A stretch of 64,000 nucleotides of DNA. Origin: Minisyncoccia bacterium. GTDB lineage: Bacteria > Patescibacteriota > Minisyncoccia > Phycocordibacterales > UBA918. The stretch lies in NCBI GenBank assembly GCA_041750655.1, contig JBGSYZ010000011.1, forward strand, positions 65,794-129,793, in the 5' to 3' direction. The notes below the pieces were generated by a model. That model was not told the origin of the DNA. It saw only the letters and a list, made by a program, of their open reading frames with translations, and did not search any database. Shown in pieces: positions 9,575 to 19,916 of the stretch. The position numbers and the translations under genes were made by a program. Within the stretch, counting starts at the first letter, position 1. Every line of letters starts with the position of its first letter.

Positions 9575-10105
9575 GTGATCTCAATAAAACGCCAAATAGA
9601 CGATGAGCAAGTTGAAATTATAGTCACAAACCCAAGCGACCTTCCTGAAGAATTACAGGAAGAAAGAAAAAACCATTTCAGCATTAGAGTACACTCGGAG
9701 AGTGGGAAGATTTGGTGTGTTTTCCCTTACTCGCGTGTAATAACAAGTCTGCTTTATAATTCTTTCAATCTTTTCCTAAGCAAGGATCCTTTAATCTATT
9801 ATGAGAGAAACAGTAGCAACATTGTATTAACCACTAAAGGTGACCTGAGGAAGTTGGACTTTAAAAGCTTTGCAATGGATTTCGCTTCACAAATTGAATT
9901 ACGTGAACCGATACCATATCGACTCATCGTGGACACAGATCATCCAGATCGTACCGGTAGAGTAATTATCATGTTCTATGATGAGAAAATGGAACTTATA
10001 AGCTTGATGTTACCAAATGAATCGTGGCGGCGCCTACCTTCACTTGTGGCAGGAATTCTCCTGACGAAAGAGCAAGTGCAGTCACGTATGAAGTACAAAA
10101 TATAA
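9575..10105 (+). CDS. Orphan hypothetical protein
   Basis: AAGGAAGGAAG purine run before GTG; terminator CCGCCCCGAG...GGGGCGG at ~10112-10148. Confidence 0.6.
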   Translation: MISIKRQIDDEQVEIIVTNPSDLPEELQEERKNHFSIRVHSESGKIWCVFPYSRVITSLLYNSFNLFLSKDPLIYYERNSSNIVLTTKGDLRKLDFKSFAMDFASQIELREPIPYRLIVDTDHPDRTGRVIIMFYDEKMELISLMLPNESWRRLPSLVAGILLTKEQVQSRMKYKI

Positions 10106-10201
10106 ATCACACCCGCCCCGAGTTCTGCTTGGGGCGGCTTTTCTTTTCCGGGGAAAAGAAAAGCCGCCCTTTCTTACTCTCACGGTACAATATATTCAAC
10201 T

Positions 10202-11401
10202 ATGGGTATGTTTCGCAAACATAATATTGGCCACACCGGGCACACCTCTCTAAAGTTTTGGAGCATATTTCCTCTATCACTTTTGTTTGTATTTCACGGT
10301 CTGATGGTGGCCTACATTAACTCTACCTACATGGAGCGCTATCTCTCACCTGAAGGCGTCGGCGCTCTCTATACCATTGGTTCTGCTTTAGCGGTACTAG
10401 CGTTTCTTTTTTTCTCGCACGCATTACGAGCTATAGGAAACGTGAAGCTGTCTCTTACCTTGGCCATTATTGATATTGCATCACTCGTTACTATGGGTGC
10501 GGCTGAGAGTAGTGCGACTGCAATTGTGGCCTTTGTTATTTTTTTAACAGTTAATCCTCTTCTCTATTTAAATATTGACATATTCTCTGAAGCTATCATT
10601 GGCACCGACGAATCTGGAACTGGCAGTAAAAGAGGTCTGACATTAGCTTTAATGAGTATATCTGCTACTTTAGCGCCGCTGGCTATGGGACTAATAGTAG
10701 ACGGTACTGATAACCTCGAATCGGTATACTACTATGCCGCTGGGATATTTGTCTTTTTTATTTTCTTCTTGCTGTGGCGCTTTAAGGAATTTAATGATCC
10801 GGACTACAATCATTTTCATATGCGGAAATCTATCCATTGTATGTGGTTATACAAAGATATTCGAAATGTGATGTTTTCACATTTACTTTTGCAGATGTTC
10901 TTTGCGTGGGCCATTATTTACATACCACTGTATATGGCAACAGTGGTCGGCTTTGGTTGGGATGAAATTGGCTACATCACCGCCGTGGGTCTTTTTGCAT
11001 ATGTGGTATTTGAGTGGCCAATTGGCTTTATTGCCGACACATGGACCGGCGAAAAAGAAATTATGGCTGCCGGCTTTTTGGTTTTAGCGGTATCAAGTTC
11101 ATGGCTCGCGTTTATGAGTGAAGCCAATGTGGTGGCCTGGATGATTTTAATATTTATCACAAGAGTCGGAGCCTCAATGGTAGAAGCCACCACGGAAAGT
11201 TATTTCTTTAAACATACAAACGGCTCTGATGCTAACACTATTGGTTTCTTTCGACTCTTGCGGCCACTATCTAATGTGTTCGGTGCTCTACTTGGTAGTG
11301 CCGCTCTATTGTACTTACCATTTAATCTTACCTTTATTGTCTTGGGTTGTATGATGCTACCCGGTCTCTACTTTAGTGCTGCGCTTAACGATACAAAATA
11401 A
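10202..11401 (+). CDS. MFS transporter
   Basis: About 12 hydrophobic segments; GFIADTWTGEKE motif-A-like. Confidence 0.9.
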   Translation: MGMFRKHNIGHTGHTSLKFWSIFPLSLLFVFHGLMVAYINSTYMERYLSPEGVGALYTIGSALAVLAFLFFSHALRAIGNVKLSLTLAIIDIASLVTMGAAESSATAIVAFVIFLTVNPLLYLNIDIFSEAIIGTDESGTGSKRGLTLALMSISATLAPLAMGLIVDGTDNLESVYYYAAGIFVFFIFFLLWRFKEFNDPDYNHFHMRKSIHCMWLYKDIRNVMFSHLLLQMFFAWAIIYIPLYMATVVGFGWDEIGYITAVGLFAYVVFEWPIGFIADTWTGEKEIMAAGFLVLAVSSSWLAFMSEANVVAWMILIFITRVGASMVEATTESYFFKHTNGSDANTIGFFRLLRPLSNVFGALLGSAALLYLPFNLTFIVLGCMMLPGLYFSAALNDTK

Positions 11402-11588
11402 AACAGTCAGCCTGTAGGCTGACCATTTTCATTGATGCGTGATTTTCAGTCACAGATTTTACTTTTGGTGGTATTTTCACATGTTGTGAACCCGGCTTAT
11501 CAATAAAGAAATGTTGTCCCTCACCGTACGAATTCATTTGTTTGGTCACTTTAGAATAGCCTCGAGTGTAAGCATTGCGTTCTCCTGT

Positions 11589-12401
11589 CTAATTTCCAAG
11601 TATATAATGTTGTCCCTTTTTGGCGATTAATTTTTCACTAATTAAATTATCTAGTTGGTGTCGAATACGCGCCGCAGTGAAACCCAAAGCAAAAAAGTCT
11701 TGTCTTGAGGCATGTGATTTTTTAGATAGAAATCTAACAATCGCGCCTCGTATCTCTCTGTCACTTCCCTTAAATGGTGATTGTTGTGCATGGTGTGAAG
11801 CCCGCCGACTCGGATTGGGATAGGCTTTCTTTAGGTACACTCCATAATCCATCAAAGCCGCATACCACTGGCGAGGATTTGAGTGATCAAGCGTCTTCGT
11901 TACTATTTTCATTAATTCTTTCTCACTCACGTCACAGGTGTTTGGAAAAAAGTGGTGTAGGTAGACACTGCGTATATTAGTTTCAATAATTGGTACGGGT
12001 GTATTGTACGCAAATGCCATCACCGCGCCAGCCGTATACGGGCCGACACCTGGTAAAGCTAGTAATTCTGTATAAGTGAGAGGCCATACACCATTATGTT
12101 CTCTGACAACCACTTTGGCACACTCATGAAGCATTTTTGCCCGACGGTTGTACCCGAGCCCCTGCCACTGTGTCAGGACTGCCGAGAGAGGCGCTGCTGC
12201 AAGCTGTCGTGTCTCAGACCATTTCTGTACAAAAGCCTCAAATTTAGGGATAACTCGCTCCACTTGTGTTTGTTGGAGCATTATTTCTGACACTGTAATC
12301 AAATATGGGTCTCTGGTCTCACGCCATGGCAAATGCTTCCGCCCATGTTTTGTATAGTAATCTAAAACAGTCGCCCTAAAGTTTTGTTCTTTTATGCTCA
12401 T
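11589..12401 (-). CDS. mutY: A/G-specific adenine glycosylase (HhH-GPD, short form)
   Basis: LPWR, SEIMLQQTQV, WQGLGYNRRA, LPGVGPYTA. Confidence 0.92.
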   Translation of the reverse strand: MSIKEQNFRATVLDYYTKHGRKHLPWRETRDPYLITVSEIMLQQTQVERVIPKFEAFVQKWSETRQLAAAPLSAVLTQWQGLGYNRRAKMLHECAKVVVREHNGVWPLTYTELLALPGVGPYTAGAVMAFAYNTPVPIIETNIRSVYLHHFFPNTCDVSEKELMKIVTKTLDHSNPRQWYAALMDYGVYLKKAYPNPSRRASHHAQQSPFKGSDREIRGAIVRFLSKKSHASRQDFFALGFTAARIRHQLDNLISEKLIAKKGQHYILGN

Positions 12402-12408
12402 ACACTCC

Positions 12409-12597
12409 CTACCACCGCTTAGGAATTACCAAAGCAGCGATTAGATACATTAAAGCCATTGGGAAAATGCCGGTTACAATAGTAATAAAAATACCGATCA
12501 GTCGTACTAGCACTGGATCAATTTCATAATATTCTGCCACTCCGCCTGCTACGCCCGACAGCACTTTATTCTCGTCGCTTTTATACAGCTTCTTCAT
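12409..12597 (-). CDS. pspC: PspC domain protein
   Basis: MKKLYKSDENKVLSGVAGGVAEYYEID; TATACT just upstream of ATG 12597. Confidence 0.9.
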   Translation of the reverse strand: MKKLYKSDENKVLSGVAGGVAEYYEIDPVLVRLIGIFITIVTGIFPMALMYLIAALVIPKRW

Positions 12598-12662
12598 AAT
12601 ATTAGTATACAAAATTGTAGCCCGACCGAACAGATGTTCGATCGGGCTACACATGACCCCTT

Positions 12663-13022
12663 CTACTTTGGTGCCGCTCTTAATACTGCCCACACAGCAG
12701 CTTGAGTTGCTGTTGGGGCAATTTCGAAGGCGATGGCAACTTTAGCAGCATCACGGCCAACAATCGGTATTGCTGCTATGTCGCCAGGTGACGTGCTGAG
12801 GTCTTCATAAAAGATCGAAATTTTGACCTTGAAAGCCCTGGCAATATCCCAGAGCCGAGAAGCTGAGACTCGATTAACACCCGTCTCATATTTTTGAATC
12901 TGCTGGAACTTGACGCCAACAATGGCGGCCAATTCTTGTTGGGTCAGTCCCCGAAAGTGGCGGAGCTGACGAATCTTTTTTCCTACGTGTACGTCCACTG
13001 GATGTTTGACACTTTTCGGCAT
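12663..13022 (-). CDS. XRE-family HTH regulator, alphaproteobacterial type
   Basis: HPVDVHVGKKIR...TQQELA...FQQIQKYETGVNRVSASRLWDIA; AAAGGAG SD; terminator 12617-12650. Confidence 0.9.
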   Translation of the reverse strand: MPKSVKHPVDVHVGKKIRQLRHFRGLTQQELAAIVGVKFQQIQKYETGVNRVSASRLWDIARAFKVKISIFYEDLSTSPGDIAAIPIVGRDAAKVAIAFEIAPTATQAAVWAVLRAAPK

Positions 13023-13089
13023 TATTGTAGTCTCCTTTCAGATACTTTCCAACTAGGGCTACAATACAACAAAACTCTTAAATAACAAC

Positions 13090-13776
13090 CTATAACTCAT
13101 AAATCACATCCTTTCGCTCAACGACTGTCTTCCATTCCATTTGTTTTGCGTACTCATACAATCGCCGATTGGGGTTAAAACAAATTGGAGTATCAACCAT
13201 CTCAAGCAACGGAATATCACCCTCAGTATCTCCCACTCCAATTGACCCTTCTTTGGTTACATTTTCTACATCAAACACTCGCTTCACAATGTTAGCTTTG
13301 TTCTGAATGTAATGCTCATCGGTTACTTTTCCTGTAAAACTATCGTTGGGGCCAATTTCATAAAATCGTCCGTACACTTTATCAAAGCCATAACCTTCAC
13401 AAAATTCATCAAGAATAGTCTTGGGTGACTGCGAAATAGCTACCACATAATAGTCTTTAGCTTTTAATTCTTGTATCAAATCTCTAGTATAGCGATAGAC
13501 CTGTTTACCGTGTTCAGCTACAATCATACGCCCAACATCCGCTAAGTCCCCATAGAAAACTCCTTTAATATTTTTAATGAAGCTTTTAATAACGGCCTCA
13601 ATGTAGTCTTCATAACTACCCTCCCGGTTTTGCCAGGCTTCAAACTCTCTTCGATACGATTGTGTAGCTCGGGCTGGAAAAATATTTTCGTCAACCAGTG
13701 TTTCAACCAATTCAATCAATAAACTCGAGCGAAATACCGTTCCGTCTATATCAAAAAAGGCTGCGGGTCGTTTCAT
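13090..13776 (-). CDS. HAD-IB family hydrolase
   Basis: FFDIDGT, GDTEGD, NP motifs. Confidence 0.9.
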   Translation of the reverse strand: MKRPAAFFDIDGTVFRSSLLIELVETLVDENIFPARATQSYRREFEAWQNREGSYEDYIEAVIKSFIKNIKGVFYGDLADVGRMIVAEHGKQVYRYTRDLIQELKAKDYYVVAISQSPKTILDEFCEGYGFDKVYGRFYEIGPNDSFTGKVTDEHYIQNKANIVKRVFDVENVTKEGSIGVGDTEGDIPLLEMVDTPICFNPNRRLYEYAKQMEWKTVVERKDVIYEL

Positions 13777-13803
13777 ATCTGTTATTGTAGCAGGTTAAAA
13801 CAC

Positions 13804-14724
13804 CTAAGAAAATTGGATAAATATTGGCTTTAATTCTTGCCAGACTTCTTTACTCAACATACGCTCGTTGTAATACCCTGGCTCTGGAACACCGATTTCC
13901 GACAAACTAATTGATTCATCGGGAAACACTGCTTCAACATAAGCTACGTATCCTTCCTCCTCTGAGATATACTCCATAACCGAACCAGTTTTAGGACGAA
14001 CAGAGAGATGTGCCCCTGACACTCCCTTGAATATTTTTTGCCATAACCCAGCAGTACGTGGGCGATCGTCAACTTTTGGTAACACAATACCTCGTGTAAA
14101 CAATTTATAATAAATATATTCTTCAGGGTGGAGCGGTAATCCAGCCTCTTCGCCAAAAAAAACATCATTAATCATCAAACGTAAACGTTTGGTATTCTCT
14201 GAATCAGGACCACAATACTCTTTTATTACAAAATAAGGTCTAGTCTGGGACACACGAGTGGTTATATTGTCACGCAAGAGCCAACCAGGTATGTTGTGGT
14301 ATGTGATATTCGCCCACAAACCCTCTTCACGTACAATTGTGACCAACGCCCCATATGGTAAAACCTTTATAACCGAATCAAATTCTTTCGTGTTTCTAAT
14401 GTAAAGCGGTGCATCGTTTTTAATTACAGCCGCTTCGTTTGGTTCCAAATTCTTCTCTACAGTCAGGGCCAAAGGAATGTTTTTTTTATCAACAATTGGA
14501 GCGACTCGATTTTCTACCACGCTCTTTAACGTTTTAAACTCCGATTCATCTAAGTCCTCATTGCTATCTTCGACTAAAATCAAAGAATTTTTGGGTTTAT
14601 CAATAATTTTACTGATTGGCGGTGCGATCAAGGCTGAAGTACTGGATTTTTGCATGAGTACACGAGCAAAAAAACGATACCAAAATCGATATAACCCAGT
14701 AGCTGCCATCCAGAAATAGTCCAT
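13804..14724 (-). CDS. SH3-domain protein with degenerate CHAP-like C-terminus
   Basis: LYIR...LPYGALVTI...WANI...GW (SH3b); GYVAYVEAV...ISLSE. Confidence 0.6.
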   Translation of the reverse strand: MDYFWMAATGLYRFWYRFFARVLMQKSSTSALIAPPISKIIDKPKNSLILVEDSNEDLDESEFKTLKSVVENRVAPIVDKKNIPLALTVEKNLEPNEAAVIKNDAPLYIRNTKEFDSVIKVLPYGALVTIVREEGLWANITYHNIPGWLLRDNITTRVSQTRPYFVIKEYCGPDSENTKRLRLMINDVFFGEEAGLPLHPEEYIYYKLFTRGIVLPKVDDRPRTAGLWQKIFKGVSGAHLSVRPKTGSVMEYISEEEGYVAYVEAVFPDESISLSEIGVPEPGYYNERMLSKEVWQELKPIFIQFS

Positions 14725-14799
14725 AATGCATGAACTATATCACCAGAATAGTCTTAAAACTATTGACGACAACAATAGTTTTGTTTGCTATAAAAACCC

Positions 14800-15909
14800 T
14801 TATGAACGAATTGTTAGAAAAATACTTCTGAGTAACGCTCCAAAGACAATGAAGAAAAGTAACACGAGGGCGACAAAACCGATGACAGGAACCAACAGCA
14901 TCGCTTGCAACACGACTGCCCCCAGTATGGTATAGACTACACTTAAATTAGTACTTTTGTTCATGTATGTACTGAGAAGAGTACCAATATAAATACTGGA
15001 AAGAGCACAAGAAACCAGCACGAGCAAAAGAAAAGCGAAGAGAGTGATTAAGCCAACCATAAACCCTAGCATGCTCGCTAGTGACACCACAATCAACATT
15101 GGGGTAATAATCATACCGGCCATACCAATCAAACCTGCCATACCAATATTTTGAGTCATGACCGGTAAAGCTCTTTGTAACTGTGAACGGAATAAAAGCT
15201 GTAATACTAAAGCACTAAACAACACAATTATAAATGAAATTATGTAGCCTTCGTATGACACTGGGGTCTCAACAGTAACGGTATTTTTTACAATCTCACC
15301 TACCACGACCGCGTTTTGGCTTCGCACAACTTCAGTGGCCGATAGATACCTGACATCACCTAATACCTCTGCCCTGTCACCAAGTGTCAATGAGCCCGTC
15401 TTCATGTCAATTGATTGTCCAACATGAGAATCAATTCTCACACTGTCGGCTGTACCCATAACCGACCCTTCGACATCACCAAGCACTTGCAATTCACCAC
15501 CAAAAAATAGGACATCGCCTTTAATGTCAGCGGTCGAAAGAATCTTAAGCAGCCCACCAAACACCACTACATCACCGCCAACATTGCCGGCAATAACGAC
15601 TTCACCACCAGCGACACGGACATCATCGGTGACTGAAGCATGTACTTGAGCTGAACCCGCTACTACAGTAAGATCACCTTCAATTATTCCATTATTGGTA
15701 AAACTACCAGCCACTGTATACAAATCACCTTGAATCAAGCCGGAGTGAGAAACAGTACCACCAGACGCATAAAAATCACCAGCCACTATCTGATCATCCG
15801 CTACACTCACTGTCTCTCCTGTTCGGAGTATTGTAGACGCTGAGACAGAGAATGGTATCAATACTGCAACAAAAGCTATTATTGTAATTTTTTGGGCCAA
15901 TGTATTCAT
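14800..15909 (-). CDS. Bactofilin-like beta-repeat membrane protein
   Basis: GD(L/V)xxxGG repeats then about 5 TM helices. Confidence 0.75.
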   Translation of the reverse strand: MNTLAQKITIIAFVAVLIPFSVSASTILRTGETVSVADDQIVAGDFYASGGTVSHSGLIQGDLYTVAGSFTNNGIIEGDLTVVAGSAQVHASVTDDVRVAGGEVVIAGNVGGDVVVFGGLLKILSTADIKGDVLFFGGELQVLGDVEGSVMGTADSVRIDSHVGQSIDMKTGSLTLGDRAEVLGDVRYLSATEVVRSQNAVVVGEIVKNTVTVETPVSYEGYIISFIIVLFSALVLQLLFRSQLQRALPVMTQNIGMAGLIGMAGMIITPMLIVVSLASMLGFMVGLITLFAFLLLVLVSCALSSIYIGTLLSTYMNKSTNLSVVYTILGAVVLQAMLLVPVIGFVALVLLFFIVFGALLRSIFLTIRS

Positions 15910-15963
15910 AACGTAGATTTATGGTTTAGTATACAGAATTTCGACCAAAAAACCATTGCCGGA

Positions 15964-16434
15964 TTAATTTTTAAGACAACCCACTAATGAACTAGCTTCT
16001 GTAAAACTAGGTGCTGAACCGGTTATAATTTCGTCTAGTCGAGCCGCGCCCAACTTAGTTTCCGCACAGACTTTCATCTCAGCAGTGATAGTAATATTCT
16101 CGCCAAAACCAAACGTGGTTAAAATTGATTGTTGAGCCTCGGGTAGACTCGATTTTTTGATTATTATTGGAGCGATTTCTTGTATATACTCTCCTACTGA
16201 AGTAGAGCCCTCTTTCATAGTCTCTACATTTGCTCCATTTTTGTCTAGTGTTTCTTTGGTTTCATTTAAAAAATCTGAACCCGTATCTTGAGTCTTTTGA
16301 TATGCTGAATCAAGACGGTTTTGAGCATCTTGTATAGGAGCCAAGACTAAAAAATACCAGACAATCACCGCCGTCAGTAAAGCCACTATTAACAAAGAAA
16401 GTGTCAATAATATATACTTTTTAAGTTTACTCAT
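15964..16434 (-). CDS. Hypothetical membrane-anchored protein
   Basis: N-terminal TM; C-terminal Cys pair. Confidence 0.7.
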   Translation of the reverse strand: MSKLKKYILLTLSLLIVALLTAVIVWYFLVLAPIQDAQNRLDSAYQKTQDTGSDFLNETKETLDKNGANVETMKEGSTSVGEYIQEIAPIIIKKSSLPEAQQSILTTFGFGENITITAEMKVCAETKLGAARLDEIITGSAPSFTEASSLVGCLKN

Positions 16435-16610
16435 ACTGATTGTGCATACTCAACCGGTGACTGCAAAAAAGTGATAATCAAAAGTCCGAGCAAAATAAAC
16501 CCAATAGCAGCTAAAAATAACACCAACCGGTCTCGAGAAACCTCATATGTTCCTTCGTGCCAATTACGCACAAATAGGAAAGGAAAAATAAATCGTAAAA
16601 AACGCATCAT
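16431..16610 (-). CDS. Small membrane protein (59 aa, not in ORF track)
   Basis: MMRFLRFIFPFLFVRNWHEGTYEVSRDRLVLFLAAIGFILLGLLIITFLQSPVEYAQSV; ATGA overlap with next gene. Confidence 0.7.
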   Translation of the reverse strand: MMRFLRFIFPFLFVRNWHEGTYEVSRDRLVLFLAAIGFILLGLLIITFLQSPVEYAQSV

Positions 16611-16630
16611 GTACCTATAGTACCTGACAA

Positions 16631-17641
16631 TTACTTTTCCCTAAAGAGGGTTTTTCCCTTGTCCCACATTTCGTTGTGACCTTGTAAGTGCAGCCAGTAC
16701 CACCATTCCGCGCCCCAAAGATATTGCTTCTCAAAACGAGTGTCTTTGGCATACGTAAGAATATCTTCAAACTTTGCCAAGTCCATCCGTGAGTACTGAG
16801 TTTCTATATCTACTTCAGTTACTGGTTGTAAGAGCCATGGTTCAGCCGAAAGTTCAATCAACATGGTTTCCTTTTTGCCAAACAAAAGAGCCATCGTATT
16901 GGCTTTCACCCGATAAAACCATGGTGGTAAAATTGACCGGAATTGTCCTAGTTCAGGGTTCCAAAAATGCACGTATACACTCGTCCCAAACGCATCACCC
17001 GCCCGGTATGGACCAATCCAAGTACCGAGATTGCCACTATCGGTCACTAAAAGTGGGCGCGAACTATCTAGTGCTCGCATAAATTCCACTTCAGCTTTAA
17101 AAAATTTTTTATCAAACTCGCCACAATGTTCTTTAGCAAAAACTTCTAGATATGGTTCGTTTTCTACCTGCCAATATTTTATGGCTGGATTATCTTTATA
17201 CCGCTCTACCACCGCTTGCATGTACGTGAGAATTTCTTGCTGTTGTTCGTTCCATGTCATTTCTTGTGCCCACGCAGGAACATGACACTCTGGCCATCGA
17301 GGCAATCTCCGACCAACAGCTAAAATAACATCGGCGCCGGCCGCCTCAGCTTTAGCTAATTGGTAGTCCATCTCTACCCAATTGTATTCATCCTTTTTAG
17401 GTTCAATCATCGGCCAATGGGCAGCCAAACGTAAGTGTCGCACCTGAAGTTCGTCGATAATAGCGTCGTAGGTCTCCAGCCAATCAAGACCAAGTTCATT
17501 GGCATACATAGTATTGAAAGACATACCATATTGGATTCTCTCTGGCTTTTTCTTGAGAGACAGGACAAAAACTATCACCAACAGAATAATGACCAAGATG
17601 ACCAATTTTTTCAAACAGCTTTTAAGGCTACACATCAACAA
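16631..17641 (-). CDS. Membrane-anchored clan-A glycoside hydrolase (GH42/GH5-like)
   Basis: WQVENEP acid/base motif, IELSAEPW, WGAEWW. Confidence 0.8.
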   Translation of the reverse strand: MLMCSLKSCLKKLVILVIILLVIVFVLSLKKKPERIQYGMSFNTMYANELGLDWLETYDAIIDELQVRHLRLAAHWPMIEPKKDEYNWVEMDYQLAKAEAAGADVILAVGRRLPRWPECHVPAWAQEMTWNEQQQEILTYMQAVVERYKDNPAIKYWQVENEPYLEVFAKEHCGEFDKKFFKAEVEFMRALDSSRPLLVTDSGNLGTWIGPYRAGDAFGTSVYVHFWNPELGQFRSILPPWFYRVKANTMALLFGKKETMLIELSAEPWLLQPVTEVDIETQYSRMDLAKFEDILTYAKDTRFEKQYLWGAEWWYWLHLQGHNEMWDKGKTLFREK

Positions 17642-18566
17642 ATAATATCACAAAGCCGATCGCGATTACGGCTACGTATAAAGCTTTACGGAAGATTGTC
17701 TTAGCATCTTCATCATTTTCTCCAGCTGTAATTGGCGTGAACTTACCAACGATTACACCGAGAAAGAGAATAAATACAAATTTCAAACCATCAGTAGCCT
17801 GTACCACTGATACTTCTCCTAAGTCAGTAGCTTTTAAGAGCAAGAAAGCGGCCACTCCAGCCAGAACCTTAGTGTGTAAAACCAAAACTCCTGCCCTTCT
17901 AGTAGTGTTTTTGGTTTGTTCTTTAATTTTTTCAAAATAAACCGGCACTAAAAGTAAAGTAAGCGCAAAAACTACAAAACTTACTCGAGTCCAAAAAAAG
18001 CCATCGTCAAAATTAGTCTCTAAAAACAAACCTTTCATGGTTATATAATGGAGAGCAAAGAAAATACCACTATGTAAGGTATTTAAAAACACTTTTACTT
18101 TAAACCGACCAGTTGATACTAGTAATGTTCCAGTAGACAGAAGGGCTACTCCCCAAATGAAATTCTGTGTCAAATTACCGCCCAAAAACAAATAGGTCAT
18201 TCCAAATGACGAAACGGCTGATACAGCGCCCACCACCGGCATAACATCGGATGCATCAGCATGTTTAAGGGCGTCGTACATGGACACCAACGCAAAGAAG
18301 AAGGTATAGGCCGCCAAGAGCGACATCCCTACTACCTGAATGGTGGGAGATTTAACGTTATCAAAATTTGGTAAACCAAGTTCGCCCAAACCGGGTATGA
18401 GACTGATAAAATACACCACCACCCAACCACCGGTTACTAAACACGAATAAAAAGCATAGACAAAAGGTCGCGGCAACACCCGTTCGTCTGACACAATGAA
18501 TTTATCTAAAATCGCAACAACCGCGTTAAAAAATTGCGCTGTGGCCGCGAGGAATAACCAGGTCAT
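17628..18566 (-). CDS. DMT/EamA-like membrane transporter
   Basis: About 10 TM helices. Confidence 0.7.
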   Translation of the reverse strand: MTWLFLAATAQFFNAVVAILDKFIVSDERVLPRPFVYAFYSCLVTGGWVVVYFISLIPGLGELGLPNFDNVKSPTIQVVGMSLLAAYTFFFALVSMYDALKHADASDVMPVVGAVSAVSSFGMTYLFLGGNLTQNFIWGVALLSTGTLLVSTGRFKVKVFLNTLHSGIFFALHYITMKGLFLETNFDDGFFWTRVSFVVFALTLLLVPVYFEKIKEQTKNTTRRAGVLVLHTKVLAGVAAFLLLKATDLGEVSVVQATDGLKFVFILFLGVIVGKFTPITAGENDEDAKTIFRKALYVAVIAIGFVILFVDV

Positions 18567-18570
18567 ATAG

Positions 18571-19779
18571 TTATTCTACCTTGCTGTACTTCTCAATAAG
18601 CTCTTTATACACCCACGCGCTGGGGCGAATTTTACGCTCCAAAGTTTCGTAATCTATTTCTATCAACCCAAATTTTTTCTCAAACCCGAGTGCCCACTCG
18701 TAGTTATCCATCAAGGACCAGTACATGTGACCATGGACATCTATTCCTTCTTTGAGAGCTCGTTCAACACCCTCAACTTGTTTCGTAATGTACTCAGCGC
18801 GATCAGAGTCGTCATCATCAGCAATACCGGCTTCGGAAACATATAGAGGTTTATTATAGCGCGACATAAGAGCCAAGGCTTCATATATTCGTTCAGGAGT
18901 ATAATTCCAACCCATATCTGTTTTTCTATTCGTTAACTCTATACCATATTGTGAAGCTTGATAAAAATTTACACCGATTTCATCAGTATATCTATATACT
19001 CGACGTGTAAACCTATGATTTTGAAAGAAATTACTAAGTACTGCATGAAACTTATTTACAAAACCTTTTGGAATTAAATAAACATGTATATGTTTAACAA
19101 AACCAACTTTTGCATTCGGCTGGATATTTTTGATTCTTTTATAAGCAAGAATATGTGCTCTAGAAAGGTTCTTAACCACTTTAAAATAATTTAATAAAGT
19201 TAATGCCTTGGAACGTTTTTTTATAACTTTGCCAGTATAACTTCTTTGCCACGGTTTTTTACTAACTTTAAAAGGTGGCCACTCTCCATTGATCCAACCT
19301 TGTGTAGCAAAAACATTCGGTTCATTCATGGTAGAAAAATGGTCGCACAAATCCCCAAGTTCCGACGCGACAAAAACTGCATACCGAGCAAAAATTTCTG
19401 GTGAATCCTTTCTTTCGAATCCACCCGACTCCGAGAACCATAATGGCTGGGTAAAGTGCCAAATAGTTACGAAAGGTTTAAGGTTGCGCGCCTGAAGGGT
19501 GCGCAATACCTCCCGATAGTGTTCAATTGCCTCTTTATTAAACGTACCCTCTTCTGGTTCGATTCTAGCCCATTCTACGGAGAAACGATGAGCAGTATGA
19601 CCAAGTTCTTTAGCAAGATCAAAATCAGCCTCGAAGCGATGGTAGTGGTCACAAGCCCGGCCACAGGGCGGCACTCGTCCTTCGCGCGCGGCCTTCGCCC
19701 AATCACAATTTTCTATCCCACCTTCTACCTGATATGAAGCCGTGGCTGCGCCCCAGTAAAAATTCTTCGGAAATTTCAT
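18571..19779 (-). CDS. Glycoside hydrolase family 1
   Basis: FYWGAATASYQVEG, TMNEP, VSEAG, WSLMDNYEW. Confidence 0.95.
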   Translation of the reverse strand: MKFPKNFYWGAATASYQVEGGIENCDWAKAAREGRVPPCGRACDHYHRFEADFDLAKELGHTAHRFSVEWARIEPEEGTFNKEAIEHYREVLRTLQARNLKPFVTIWHFTQPLWFSESGGFERKDSPEIFARYAVFVASELGDLCDHFSTMNEPNVFATQGWINGEWPPFKVSKKPWQRSYTGKVIKKRSKALTLLNYFKVVKNLSRAHILAYKRIKNIQPNAKVGFVKHIHVYLIPKGFVNKFHAVLSNFFQNHRFTRRVYRYTDEIGVNFYQASQYGIELTNRKTDMGWNYTPERIYEALALMSRYNKPLYVSEAGIADDDDSDRAEYITKQVEGVERALKEGIDVHGHMYWSLMDNYEWALGFEKKFGLIEIDYETLERKIRPSAWVYKELIEKYSKVE

Positions 19780-19916
19780 ATGCTATATCGCTGCACCTTA
19801 CAGGTGCTGTACACCTTGTCTATATTTTGTTTACTTGCGTCACAAAATATTAGGCAAGGTCTTGCGAAAGCGTCCCACGCTTTCTCACCCCAATAAAAAT
19901 CTTTCGGAAATTTCAT
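19776..19916 (-). other. Hairpin insert with duplicated GH1 5' end, forming a 46-aa upstream ORF coupled by ATGA
   Basis: MKFPKDFYWG... vs MKFPKNFYWG; ORF stays open through three hairpins and its TGA overlaps the GH1 ATG. Confidence 0.75.
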
